Positions 1 through 13,342 of a DNA stretch of 64,000 nt are shown here, piece by piece. Position numbers and translations under genes: made by a program. Under the pieces are notes generated by a model. The model saw nothing but the letters and a program-made list of their open reading frames with translations, ran no database searches and was not told the origin of the DNA. This stretch comes from Octopus sinensis (lineage: Eukaryota). The DNA lies in contig NC_043005.1 in the NCBI RefSeq assembly GCF_006345805.1, positions 64,294,001-64,358,000 of the forward strand, given 5' to 3'. The stretch's first letter is position 1, and each line of letters begins with the position of its first letter.

Positions 1-1688
1 ATTTATCAATGGTTTCTTCCCATTGCTTTTGATGTGCAATTTCTTATCATTAATAGAACTGTCAGTACTTTTGATGACACGGGAATGCTAGTAGTATTCA
101 TCATCATATATATATATATATATATATATAGTGGAGAGGCGGAGTGAACATTATTACTGCTACCACTATTAGATTTTCATGCCCTCTAATGCGATACTTG
201 AAATCAGATAGGTGATTCAAAACTTATTCAAATATATTTCTCAAGTTTAGACTTTAAATCTCCAAATAAATACAATACTGTATGGACACCGTTTTAAATA
301 ATTTAGAGTTTCCGAGCTATATGCCACTCTTTCGATTTGTTTTATTTCCGATCCTCCTTATGCACCCTCCTCTTGAATATATACATTTTTCTCGAGCTTT
401 CATTCGATTTAAAACTTGTGTCCTTAAAGCAGAAATCTGAGTTCAAATCTGACCTAAAGATATATATGTAGTCTGTATTTTCTTCATTTAAAAACATTAG
501 AGGGTGTATACAAAAAACAGTTGAGTTTGCACAAAACTTAGAGGGTGATTTTTAATAGTACATTATATTGAAATAATTAAGGCAATAAATTCTCCTAATT
601 GTTTTATCCTTGACGTTGATGCCATAGTTTTTATTGTATTTACGCTATTGTTATTCTTACCGTTGATGTTTCACTTTTCTGCTGAATTAGATAGTTGCAG
701 ATTTACTTATTGTTGCTTTTGTTTTAGTCGCTTTTGTTACCACTTTTATTCGCAGTTGTTGATCAGTTTATTGCTTGGGTTACTTCACTTATCGTGGAGA
801 ACATTATTTCAATTGTTATTGGTTCAGTTGCTCGTTTACTACTGTTCCGGTTTTTGCCGTTGCGATTGTCGTTGCTGTCATTACCCCCTAATTTTAACAT
901 TGATGGTACAGTTGAGAGAATAGAGAGGCATTACAAATGTAGATATTGTTTTTTCAACTTGGATTGTTTTCTGTAACTGGGCCTTCACAGCTGCGTAAGG
1001 AGATTAGAATGCAAGGAAACAAAGTGAGAGGTAATAATAGAACATGAGAAAGAGAGAAAGAGAAGTAGGTTAAAAAACTTAAGAAGGCGGAGTTGTGAGT
1101 AGAACTGGAAAGATTTTTATTCTATTTGTGTTTTATAACATATTCAAACAATGTCAACACTAGTGTTTTCATTTTTCTTGAGAAGGAGTTACCTAAACAT
1201 CCCTATCTCATTATTTTATTCACTCTCCACCTTCCACCATTCTCCTTTTAATCGTCCCCTTTTTGTACTTGAGGATTGCTTCTGTGTATATGTGTGAGTA
1301 TGTGTGTGTATGTGAGTGTGAGTATGTGTGTGTACCTCTGTGTGTGTGTACAAGCAAATACTTTATGCTTAATTCGGGGTGTGTATATGTGCATATATTT
1401 GTATGCTTAACGTTCATGTTTATTGATTTGGGAATAGATATACACTCTGTATAATAATAGATGGTGAAATTAATTTACTGCTTGAAAGCCTTAAACAATT
1501 GCCCGGTTTAACACGACAACATGGTCCTTGAATACCTTTAGCAGAGTTCTCTCTGTTCTGAGAATTCATGCCAAATTTCATTTCTTCTACAATCGAGGCC
1601 TTCTAGAAAGTGATGGGCATTAACATCTTCACGTTTCTTCTCACTAAGCAGTAAAAAAGGCATATGCAAGGATATATGCACATTTATG

Positions 1689-1727
<39 letters not shown>

Positions 1728-1867
1728 CAGCACACAAGTCAACAATAAATGCATATGTGTATGTGAGTGACTGCATCTTAAGTATTTTACTGGTAACGGG
1801 TTAAAATGGAACCTAGTATATTACTGGAACAAATGTGGTACCTGAATTAGTCAACGATAAAAAATCA

Positions 1868-2297
1868 TTTCTGTTCTAGGCACAAGGCCCGAAACTTTTG
1901 AGGAGGGGGCCAGTCGATTACATCGATCCCAGTACGCAACTGATACTTAATTTATCGACCCCGGAAGGATGAAAGGCAAAGTCGACCTCGGCAGAATTTG
2001 AACTCAGAACGTGAAGGCAGACGAAATACCGCTAAGAATTTCGCCAGGCGTGTTAATGTTTCTTATTTCTTTACTGCCCACAAGTGGCTACATGCAGAAG
2101 GGACAAACAAGGACAGACAAACGGATTAAACCGATTATATTGACCCCAGTGCGTAACTGGTTCTTAATTTATCGACACCGAAAGGATGAAAGGCGAAGTC
2201 GACCTCGGTGGAATTTGAACTCAGAACGTAACGGCAGACGAAATGCTGCTAAGCATTACGCCCGGCGCGCTAACGTTTCTGCCAGCTCGTTGCCTTC
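1868..2297 (-). mobile_element. tRNA-headed SINE type D (working name), dimer
   Basis: Reverse complement starts with the GGCAACGAGCTGGCAGAAACGTTAGC head (A-box-like), then GAGTTCAAATTCC (B-box-like) and the body GTCGACTTCGCCTTTCATCCTTTCGGTGTCGATAAATTAAG. The body occurs twice. Confidence 0.85.
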
Positions 2298-2744
2298 ACG
2301 ACGATAACAATTACAAAGACGATAATGAAGAGAGTTCAAATTAGGCCGGTGTCAACTTTGTTTTTGCTCTTTTCAAAGTCGATAACATAAGTACCAGTTA
2401 TGCAGTGAGGTCATTATAATCGTCTTATTCTTTCCCTGAAATTGCTTGACTTGTGTGCCAAAATTAAAAATCAGTAATATCATGGCGTTTTGCATTTGGT
2501 CCAAGGGTAAAAGACTCCAGTTTTTGTTGATTTCTTTTAATATGAACCATTGTTTCGCATTTAGTATGCTTCTGGCGATGGCTTCGCTGGCTGATATTTC
2601 GAAGTCACTGTCAACAACATTCTTCTTTAAGAATAACAAATGTGCACCCTACCAACGTGTAGAGTAACTCATCACATTAATGTAAAATTGCTATTATGCC
2701 TGAACATAAAAAACAAACGTTATTATTTATACACACATGTATAT

Positions 2745-2777
<33 letters not shown>

Positions 2778-2859
2778 TGATAGATAGGCAGATAGATAGG
2801 TCGACAGACAGAGGGACAGACAGACAGACAGACAGATAGATGGATAGATAGATAGATAT

Positions 2860-2904
<45 letters not shown>

Positions 2905-4082
2905 AGTTTGCTTTATATACTCTAAATACTACATACTATATGCAATAACAATTTGACATTAAGCTGAAGAATTACTTGAAGAAACGAAAAAAGATTACGA
3001 TTACTGAGCTATAACAAAAGTCAACAATAACATCAGTTCGAATTTGATCTGTTAAATAATTTAAAAACCGAAAATAAATAGGAAAAATTGGTTTCTATCA
3101 CACACCTAAGCAGAGTGAGTGGGCTTGTCCCGGGATGGCATGGTAGGTGGTGGTAGCATGTGTTTAGACGTGGAAATCTTCAAATAAGAGGTGAAACAAA
3201 GATTGACAATTGAAACGGTAAAGGAAAACGATAAAATCTAAAGGGAAAAAAAAATTGCAGTAAAAGTTACAACAAACACTTAGAAACTGTAAAAAAATGA
3301 ACAACCAAAAAATAATGATTAAATAGAATAAAGACGGAAGCGAGTGAGAGAATGAGAAGAAAGACAGAGAGAGAGAATGAGTTACAGTTTGTGAGAAAAA
3401 GGGTTAATTTGACTCTCTCTTTTTATCTTAAGGAAATGACGCACTGATGACAACATAAAACCTATCTATCGAGCCTTCATATTCCCACCCCATCGTTTAG
3501 TTTAATTTCCCCTTTTCTAAATAAAAGATACAAAAGAGAGACTGATATTTCTTTATTTCGTTCGCATTTACTTTTTTTTTATATTGTCTTTTAAACATGA
3601 CGACAGACAATTAAAACACAAAGGTACTATAACAAAATAGAACAGTTACAGGGAGACAAGATAGCAAATAAAGAAAATAAGAAAGAGAGAGATAGAAATA
3701 GAAGAAAATAATTCAAAGGTAGTTCTTTTATTGATACGTTTTTTTATATATATTTTGGCAAAGAAAATTCAGAAAAAGGAAAAAAAAGATGCAGAATTAA
3801 ATGCAAAATCGAGATAGTAGTGTCATAAAATTTATCGCAACTGTGGTGAAAGGTTGTCATTTAGTGTTAGAGTTTATATCTTTGAGGTTTGTCCTTTGCT
3901 GAAGAAGGCATTTCACAAGAAGGTTTGTTCGCCGTTTTACTAAAATTATTCTCAGTATTATAGACATGTATCTGCTTGTATATGTATAACAATTTCTTAG
4001 AGTTCATTATTTTAAGTTTATATGTATACATACATCTACATAAATTGTTATATACACATCTAAATATATACACGTGTGTATG

Positions 4083-4113
<31 letters not shown>

Positions 4114-4305
4114 GTGTGTATATATATATGTGTGTATATATATATATGTATATATATGTGCATATGTGTATATATATGTCTGTATGTATGTATATATATA
4201 TAAATATATATAAATGTACATATATATATATATATATATGCACACACACATACACATATATACATATATACATACACACGCACACACACACATATATATA
4301 TTTAT

Positions 4306-4345
<40 letters not shown>

Positions 4346-4729
4346 AATTATATAGATTTATATGCATGCTTATGTTTAGATTTAAACACATATGTGATAT
4401 TTAAAATATTTTTATATGTATTCTCAGTGTCAGCGTGTGTGTATCAGTGTCAGTGTGTGTGTGTGTGTGTGTGCTAATCAACTGGATCGATTTTGTTTCC
4501 AGTGCTAACGATTTTATTCATATTGTTGTAAATACTACAGGTGTTAATTTCTTTATTGTTATTATTACAGAGTGAAATAGTGTGTAATTAATAAGTCCCA
4601 CTTCCCCTCATTTCTCTCTCTGACTCTTTCTCTCTTTCTCTCTCTGTCTTTCTATATCTATCTATATCACTATATATACATATGTATATATATAGAGAGA
4701 GAGATGTGGCGTGTATGTGTGTGTGTGCA

Positions 4730-4770
<41 letters not shown>

Positions 4771-5059
4771 ATGTATGTATGTATATGTACGTGTGTGTGC
4801 ATGTACGTATGTATGTTTGAATGTATCTATGTATGTATGGATGGATGGATGTATATATATATATATATGTGTGTATGTATGTGTGTATGTCTGTATGTGT
4901 ATTTGTATGTCAGTCTCTGTCCGTATGCATGTGTGTATACATATGTGTCGGTGTGTATCAATACATACAAATACGAATGGATTATACGTATGTATATATG
5001 TGTGTGTGTGTATGTGTGTGTGTTTATATATATGTGTGTGTGTATATATATTTATACAT

Positions 5060-5119
<60 letters not shown>

Positions 5120-5121
<2 letters not shown>

Positions 5122-5476
5122 CGTAGGAGCGGCTGTGTGGTAAGTAGCTTGCTTACCAACCGCATGGTTTCGGGTTCAGTCCTATTGCGTGGCACCTTAG
5201 GAAAGTGTCTTCTACTACACCCTCGGGCCGATCAAAGCCTTGTGACTGTATTTGGTAGGCGAAAACTGAAAGAAGCCCGTCGAATGTATATATATATATA
5301 TGTTTGTGTGTCTCTGTTTCTCCCCACCACCATCGTTGCTTGACAACTGATGTTGGTGTGTTTACATCCCCGTAACTTAGCAGTTCTGCAAAAGAGTCCG
5401 ATAGAATAATTACTTGACTTATAAAGAATAAGTCCTGGGGGCAACTTATTTGACTAAAAAGGCGGGCGGTGCTCCA
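5120..5476 (+). mobile_element. SINE type C (tRNA head, CORE-like CCTTGGGCAAGTG block, internal microsatellite)
   Basis: GGCGTAGGAGCGGCTGTGTGGTAAGTAGCTTGC head followed by body and tail. Aligns by eye with the copies at 42060, 26975 (-) and 59975. Confidence 0.85.
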
Positions 5477-5804
5477 TACCTATAAATTTCTCTCTTTTTC
5501 TTCCCCTCTCTTTCTCTCCAGTAAGTAAATATTTACTGCGATTTGTAAATGAAAATAACAATAATGCTTTGCTGTAAAACTAACTGCCATCAAAATAGGT
5601 TCCCTAGCAAAATATAAACACAATAAATTCTCTGCTCTCTTTTAAACCATCATTTTTTTCTCTTTCAAGTAACAGCTTTATATTCTTAGTTCCCATCCTA
5701 CGGACGATAACTTTGTGTTTCCCCTTCGCTGCTGATGAAAATCAAATGCTTGTCCATTACTTGAGCCTATAGTGAGACGTCGTTCTGATGACCACAAAAA
5801 TTAG

Positions 5805-5812
5805 TGACGTCA
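5805..5812. promoter_or_regulatory. Perfect CRE palindrome TGACGTCA
   Basis: Motif seen directly, with nearby ACGT cores at ~5775 and 5852-5859 and ATTGG at ~5820. Function unproven. Confidence 0.3.
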
Positions 5813-5857
5813 TAATAAGATTGGTGTCAGATATTGCCACAAGACCGGTGATTACGT

Positions 5858-6036
5858 GATAAAGTCGCTTAAATCGACCCGTGTTCAACCGGTACTTATA
5901 TTATCGACTCCGAAAATATGACTAAGGCAAAGTCGACTAAGGCGGTATTTAAACTCAGAGCACAAATACAGACGAAATGTCGCAAAGCATTTTGTCATTA
6001 TGTACGGCTCGCTAACGATTCTGCCACCTTGCTACC
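5858..6036 (-). mobile_element. Degenerate SINE type D
   Basis: Diverged match to the D body and head (aaggcaaagtcgac...aactcagagc...cagacgaaat...gctaacgattctgccacc). Confidence 0.7.
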
Positions 6037-6327
6037 CAAGATAATATAAGAAATATTAATTTTATTTCATACATTTATCATGTAAAGAAGCCTTAACGAT
6101 CTGTTGATAGACAAAATGGACCCAAATAATGATGCCGACGTTGACATGTTTTAATTTGAAATAATTCAAAAGTAAATTTAAGGACGCTTAGAATTAAATA
6201 TCAAAAAATACAAAATAGTAAAATAATTGTTAAAAGCTGTTAATACAGCACGTGTAGTTCTTAATTCCTTTGAAATCTGTCTTTTTTATCATATGGAGTA
6301 TTTTAAGATGCAGTATTTAATGAAATT

Positions 6328-6630
6328 GTGGAAGCGCAATGGCCCAGTGGTTAGGGCAGCAGACTCGCGGTCGGAGGATCGCGGTTTCACTTCCAAGACT
6401 GGGCGTTGTATGTGTTTATTGAGCGAAAACACCTAAAGCTCCACGAAGCTCTGGCAGGGGGTGGTGGCGACCCCTGTTGTACTCTTTCGCCACAACTTTC
6501 TCTTTCTTCCTGTTTCTTGAGTAACGCTGCGATGGACTGGCGTCTCGTCCAGCTGGGAGGAGCACATACTCCATAGAAACCGGGCCCATGGGACTGGCTA
6601 AGGTTGAAAAGGGCGTATAAATAAAATAAA
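6328..6630 (+). mobile_element. SINE type A with GCGATGGACTGGCGT tail
   Basis: GCGCAATGGCCCAGTGGTTAGGGCAGCAGACTCGCGG tRNA-like head, and 3' tail ending AAAAGGGCG plus an A-rich end. Near-identical copies at 13704, 26638 and 43094 (-). Confidence 0.88.
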
Positions 6631-7484
6631 TTTAATGAACATAATTTTGTGCGACAAAACTTATATAACCGCAGTAGTTTTTTTGAACGATAAAGATTCA
6701 ATTTTTGTCATTGTATTCTGGCACTATACAATAGAACCACTTTCACCTGATTTCATATAAAGTTTTGTTTTCTTATCCACACTATTTAAATAGTGTAAAA
6801 CCAGAAAAGCTACAGGAGAGATTGTTACAAACTGCATATTTATTTTCATCATTCGAAGATTTTGTATTTTTCTTCGAATAATTTTTGAACGAATCTAAGA
6901 TAACTACCGCTTGAATCTACACTGGTTTAAAATACAAACACTAATAATCTATTATCGTTGGAATTATACTTCTTTTAAAGGGAACCTCAAAATATCCTTT
7001 AAATTATATTATATGGATTCTGTCTCATATTGATTAAGCTCCATTTTGTTCATAGTAGTTTTCGAAAGTCTAATAGTAAAGCAAGAATATTATTTCTAAA
7101 CAAAAGTTTAATGCTACTTCTTACCAAGGGATCCATCATATAAGCGTAAATGTAATTATATTCAATCAGAAAAAAATATATAAAAAATTAGAGAGAATTT
7201 CCTCAGCAGTCATGGAGATACACGTAAAACATTTTCACACAGATCCATGCACACAAAAATACATAAATATGTTTATATTACCAGCAGCTTATACTGCAAT
7301 AGAAAATCAATACCTCCATAATTCACGATAATTCAGTCAATACAAAAAAAAAAAGAACTAACTGCTAAACTCTACTTATTTATTTAAGAATTTATTGTAG
7401 CGGAACGTCGGAGAATAATACAGGCAGCTGTAGGTCAACAGATCGACATGTATCATCAGAGCAGTACGCAAGTTAGCGCGTAGA

Positions 7485-7492
7485 AAAGGTCA
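7485..7492 (+). promoter_or_regulatory. Perfect NBRE (NR4A/Nurr1 site) AAAGGTCA in CpG-rich unique sequence
   Basis: Motif seen directly. Function unproven. Confidence 0.25.
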
Positions 7493-7938
7493 GGAATACG
7501 CGCGCGTGAGAACACACACACACACACGTTTGACTACATCGCACAATCTTAGGAAGTCCTAGGAATCATACTAAGCAGACGACCCGCAAAACGGTTCTAA
7601 GAAATAAGTATTGCGCTAATTGAAGGAAGATGCACGACAGGGCAACACCACCCTTGTGAAAACTGACATCTGGTATGTGTGTATGTAGTAGTGTATGAAT
7701 GTGTGTGTGTGTGTGTGTGTGTGTGTTGGAAAGGATTTTTATATAAGTTACTGTATATATGGTTACTATTTATTTACTCAAAATAAGTAACAAGACTCTT
7801 TATAATAATATTTTTTACTACAATTACCAAAGAGGGTTTTATTCTTATGATCTGCTGGGACCTATTGCAAATCCGTTGCTGCGGCATATTCACTATCAAC
7901 TAACTGTGATAACGGTGGCGGGATGTTTTAGGATATTC

Positions 7939-8478
7939 TTTTCTACTTTAGGCACAAAGCCCGAAATCTTGGGAAATGGGGGTCATTCGATTAGTTCGAT
8001 TCCAGTACGCAACTGGTACTTAGTTTATCGACCCCGAAAGTATGAAAGGCATAGTTGACCGCGGTGGAATTTGAACTCAGAATGTAACGGCAGACGAAAT
8101 ACCTATTTCTTTACTACCCACAAGGGGCTAAACACAGAGGGACAAACAAGGACAGAAAAACGGATTTAATAGATCCTGAAAGGATGAAAGGCAAAGTCGA
8201 CCTCGGCGGAATTTGAACTCAGAACGTAACGGCAGACGAAATACCTATTTCTTAACTACCCAGAAGGGGCTAAACATAGAGGGGGCAAACAAGGACAGAC
8301 AATCGGATTAAATCGATTACATCAACCCCAGTGCGTAACTGGTACTTAATTTATCGACCCCGAAAGGATGAAAGGCTAAGTCGACCTCGGCGGAATTTGA
8401 ACGCAGAACGTAACGGCAGACGAAATACGGCTACGCATTTCGCCCGGCGTGTTATCGCTTCTGCCAGCTCGCCGCCTT
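7939..8478 (-). mobile_element. SINE type D trimer
   Basis: One full head at 8478, then three B-box+body units joined at the recurrent junction aaagaaata|ggtatttcgtctgcc (read on the - strand). Confidence 0.88.
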
Positions 8479-8869
8479 GAAAAGATTTTTGTATTAAAAA
8501 GATAAATATTGGTATATTAAATATAGGCATATGCTTACGTATCTAGTTATGTACTTCTCTGTATCCACATATGCAACGTACATGTAAGAGGCATGTATAT
8601 CGGTTGGCTGTTAATTTCATCGCAATTAAGTAGATGTGATATTTTATGTGTATCAGTGCATGCAAAGCAGAAAATATGTATTACACAATACGTATTACGT
8701 CTGGAAGTTCAATACTTGCCCTAATAACTTGAATTAGCAAATCAATAAACGTATATGAATCTTGGGTTTCTGTATTTGGCTTCCAAGTTTCTTGATGTGA
8801 ACACATGTATTGAAGCATATTTTGTTCCATCTCGAGAGGATAATTTTGCCAATAATAAACACACACATG

Positions 8870-8992
8870 AAGGTGGCGAGCTGGCAGAAACGTTAGCACG
8901 CCGGGCGAAATACTTAGCGATATTTCGTCTGTCGCTACGTTTCAGGGTCGATAAATTAAGTACCAGCAGCGTACTCGGGTCGATCTTCATTC
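8870..8992 (+). mobile_element. Internally deleted SINE type D
   Basis: GGTGGCGAGCTGGCAGAAACGTTAGCACGCCGGGCG head joined directly to GGGTCGATAAATTAAGTACCAG. Confidence 0.8.
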
Positions 8993-9107
8993 CTGGTGCT
9001 GTATGAACATTTTAATGTGGCTTTAGAGTCAGGTTTTTGACTACTATTTTCAGCGTGGTGGTATCTCTTAGATATCCTAAAGTATGATTTTAATAATAAT
9101 TATTATC

Positions 9108-9275
9108 TTTGAAGGCTTTTATTCCCATGCCGGTGGCATGGAGAGGCGAGACCGATATGCATGGGTGACTGCTGGTCTTCCATTAAAAAAGAACAACCTT
9201 GCCTGGACTTGTGCCTGGGAGGGTAACTTTCTTGGTGCAATTCCATGGTTAGTCATGACCGAAGAGGGTCTTAGC
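9108..9275 (+). mobile_element. 3' tail fragment of SINE type E
   Basis: gcatgggtgactgctggtcttcc...gacttgtgcctgggagggtaactttcttggtgcaattcc matches the tail of the - strand copy at 36126-36432. Confidence 0.7.
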
Positions 9276-9436
9276 ATATATATAGTTGTAAAATCCCCCT
9301 GCTAGCAATATATATATTGTATATAAGGGGTGCAGCGCCGCATTGATAACCAGCTGTCAGAAGATCTACCTGGTGTTAAACTAGAAATTACGATAGAACA
9401 GCCATTTTGATGTAGCGATTATCTTTACTTGTCTAC

Positions 9437-9468
<32 letters not shown>

Positions 9469-9546
9469 ATGTATGCATATACATATGATTACATATATAT
9501 ATATATATACATACATATATACATATATATTATATGTGTATGTATG

Positions 9547-9742
9547 TGTGTCTGTGTTTATCCTCCCAACATCGCTTGGCAACCGATGCTGGTGTGTTTA
9601 CGTCCCCCTAGCTTAGTGATTCGGCAAAAGAAGCGATAGAATAAATAGCAGGCTTACAAAGAATATGTCCTGGGGTCGATTTGCTTGGGTAAAGACGGTG
9701 CTCCAACATGGTCGCAGTCAAGTGACTGAAACAAGTAAAAGA
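9547..9742 (+). mobile_element. 3' half of SINE type C
   Basis: caacatcgcttggcaaccgatgctggtgtg...gactgaaacaagtaaaaga, followed by a (GATA)n array. Confidence 0.8.
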
Positions 9743-9807
<65 letters not shown>

Positions 9808-10379
9808 CACGCGCTAGCGTACGCAAACGCACACATGTGCGTATGTTTGCATGCATATTTCAATAAATTTATCTATTACATAAATTTAACAATGTAAAGT
9901 GCATTTTCCGTACATCACATACGAATATTGAATACATGCTTCTGGATCTATTTAGAGATCTTTAACGTATCTGAGTAACACATTGGATTAGTGGGAATGG
10001 TATGACACTAATGGTAAACTTTTCATACTGCAGTCACCGGATCGACATGTTTACATGAATGTATTATAGTGTATTCATGAAAAAGTATTAGATTTCTCAA
10101 TATGTATAAAAACCATATGATTTTTGTGTATTCATGATCGTATGTTTATTTGCATGTATGTTTCTTTCATTGTTATCGTATCCATTCTAGTAGAATTGTA
10201 TAATATGTCTTTGATTAGATTATCATAGAATAATTGACACTTTCGAGACACAAACTATATTTCTTGAATAATCCAATTGTTTCGTGAGTGTGGAAATGCG
10301 TACGTACATACATATAAACACAGACAAACAAGCTGAGGGACATAAGTACCTACTACCTACCTACCTACTACCTACCTAT

Positions 10380-11160
10380 TTACCTACCTACCTACATACA
10401 TACACACATACATAATGCTTACATACGTACATACATACATACATACATACATAAAGTTTACATATGTACGTACATACATACATAATGAATACATACGTAT
10501 ATACATACATAATGCATACACACATAAGTACATACACACGTAATGAATACATACGTACATACATACACACATATATAATGCTTATATACGTACGTACATA
10601 CACACATATATAATGCTTACATATGTACATACATACATACATACATACATACATACATACATAATGCTTACATACGTACGTACATACATACATACATACA
10701 TACATACATAAAGTTTACATATCTACGTACATACATACATAATGAATACATACGTATATACATACATAATGCATACACACATAAGTACATACACACGTAA
10801 TGAATACATACGTACGTACATACACACATATATAATGCTTATATACGTACGTACATACACACATATATAATGCTTACATATGTACATACATACATACATA
10901 CATACATACATACATACATACATAATGCTTACATATGTACATACATACATACATACATACATACATACATAATGCTTACATACGTACGTACATACATACA
11001 TACATACATACATACATACATACATACATACATACATAATGCTTACATACGTACGTACATACATACATACATACATACATACATACATACATACATACAT
11101 ACATACATACATACATACATAATGCTTACATACGTACGTACATACATACATACATACATA
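10380..11160. repeat. Compound (TACA)n microsatellite array with a ~257-bp higher-order duplication
   Basis: The marker aagtttacat occurs at ~10454 and ~10711, each followed by the same order of variant units. Confidence 0.9.
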
Positions 11161-11605
11161 CTAGATCACATTAATACAAATGTACACATTCATTCTTATA
11201 CTTACATACACTCCAACGAACGCAAAACAATTGTCGTTGAATAAATATAGTTCTGTTCCCTAAAATGTAATTATATTTAGAAAGGACAATATTTATAAGT
11301 ACTTCTAAAATATGCTAAACGATCAAATTGAATCAGTAATTTTGAATAAATACCTGTATATAGATTCTAAAATGATACGGTATATATTTACTTGAAAACT
11401 TTAGCCTTTATGCATACGTACTAACTTGTACTTATATTGAGCTTTGTAGAAAGTTTTATCAGTAATCAATACAATTTTGTATGGGTTGAATTTCTAGTGC
11501 ATATTTATATACACTAGAAGTGTGTCGTTGCCGTTTTATTAATGCTACATACAATATAATCATATTGTATGTGTTGTCTCTCTATATATGTAGATTTATG
11601 TGTAT

Positions 11606-11638
<33 letters not shown>

Positions 11639-13143
11639 TATGTATGTGCATTTATTTTATGTATTTCTCCATCTATGAAAGTCTCATTCGTATACAATAC
11701 ATTTATAACAGTATCATGAGAAATACTTTCAGGACATTTGAAATTCGTGATTAAGTTAACAGCAATGAACTTGAAATTGTTATTGTGAATATAATTCTTT
11801 CCCAATTAAACAAAAAAAAAACGCTAGCAAAAAGCAAACTGAACTTTTTAATTGTAGACAAGTAAACAATGATGGTGACACAATCTGGACTCATTCTTTC
11901 TTCAAATTTAGTTTCATTCGATTTGGTTTTAATGTACATTCGATTTGGTTTTAATGTAATTTTGTTCTGTTAGGATTGCTATGTGTTCTCAATAATTTCA
12001 AGTATCGCGCATTACAAATACAGATGACATTTATGATTCTCAACTAATCATACAATAAAAATAAAGTCAATGTTTTGTTTTCTTATGATCAAAGACAGCA
12101 ATCAATGTGTTAGCCAACTACAGTTCTTTCTCAAAGGTCTCGGAAGTGAAGTCAGTCTGATCAAACCTGGAAATCTAGTTTCCTGCCAGAGAACCAGAGT
12201 TCGGCTTTTGACAAACGTAGAAATTTGATGTTTCGTATTCAGGTGTTTCATAAGATATGTTACAGGGGCGGTATTTTCCTTTTTAGCTTCGTGTTTTTTA
12301 TCTTAGCTTCAGTCATTGTTAGGTGAAATATTTTCCAAATGTATGTACATTTACTGTGCCATGCCAGAATTTGAGCTCACAGACTCCACTCAGCACTATT
12401 ATCACTATGCAGCCGGTGATGTAAAGAGTAAATGAGACTAAGAATGCGAAGTTTATCCTCGTTCCTCAAATATACACCTTGATACTAAGTTAGAACTCAT
12501 AGATTTCCTTGTACTTTTATTCTGGAATATCTAAATTAAACACGTGCGAAATGTAACTGGAATTTGTAAATTTGTATATTTTGTGAGCCGTGGAGAAGCG
12601 AGAATCTTGATGTTTTAATACGAACCTGCGTTGGTGAAAGTAATATTGCTTAATGTATTAATATATAGTGAGACACTTAGCTTTACTTCTTGCTAAATTT
12701 TGCACACAATCTTTTGTAAAGGTCCTCTTACAATATATTAGAGTTTATTACAAAATGTGTAAATTTTCGCAGAGTATGTAGAAATACATTTTGTGAACCA
12801 AAAAAGATTTAAATCAAAGATGACCCTCCCATGACTTTTCTGTTGAGGGAAGAAAACATGTGTCTGATATTCTTTGGGCGAAATTAGGAAGGCAGAAACT
12901 CTATGGAAGTTCATCGAATGGTTTTATTGCAGTAATTCAATACAACCTGTGTCTCATTAATTGTGTCTGAGAATTTTGTTACAGATGCACGTGTCTGTGG
13001 AATTCTCAGTCAAATACAATGAGCACAAAATTTACTTAATCGAAAAACTGCATCATCATCATCGCAATTGACGGAGATCCATATCATTACATACCTATAT
13101 GAGCGCATACGTGTGTTTGTATGTGTGCATGTACGTTTGGATG

Positions 13144-13183
<40 letters not shown>

Positions 13184-13342
13184 GATTCGTAAAGAGGGAG
13201 AGAAAAATGGAGGTTTACTGCAACTGTCGTCTCCCCAGCTGTTCTTGACTAGAGTCAACCACTAAGTATACTTTTTTAATTATCTATTGCCGCACTACAA
13301 TAAATTTATTGATGCTCACTTTCGTTTCAATATTATTTATAG

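Noticed and set aside
1536-1643. Possible 108-nt - strand exon with AG/GT ends (EKKREDVNAHHFLEGLDCRRNEIWHEFSEQRELC*)
   Set aside because: All three frames contain a stop, no partner exons were found, and I recognise no homology.
2373-2639. 88-aa - strand ORF with protein-like composition
   Set aside because: It overlaps a degenerate SINE fragment, has no recognisable motif and no convincing splice sites.
3867-5343. The many YI/CV/HT-rich ORFs here and elsewhere (10384-11244, 16559-18139, 36891-37670, 60228-60879)
   Set aside because: They are microsatellite translations. Only the last 17 codons of ORF 60354-60866 are real (a TH exon).
6328-6400. tRNA-like sequences at SINE heads (also 33470, 39712, 55228, 63727)
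   Set aside because: They have A/B boxes but no closed cloverleaf, and they continue into repeat bodies. They are SINE heads, not tRNA genes.
6802-6822. QKSY-like codons as a candidate for the missing first TH coding exon
   Set aside because: There is no phase-0 GT donor after the motif and no upstream open frame with a Met.
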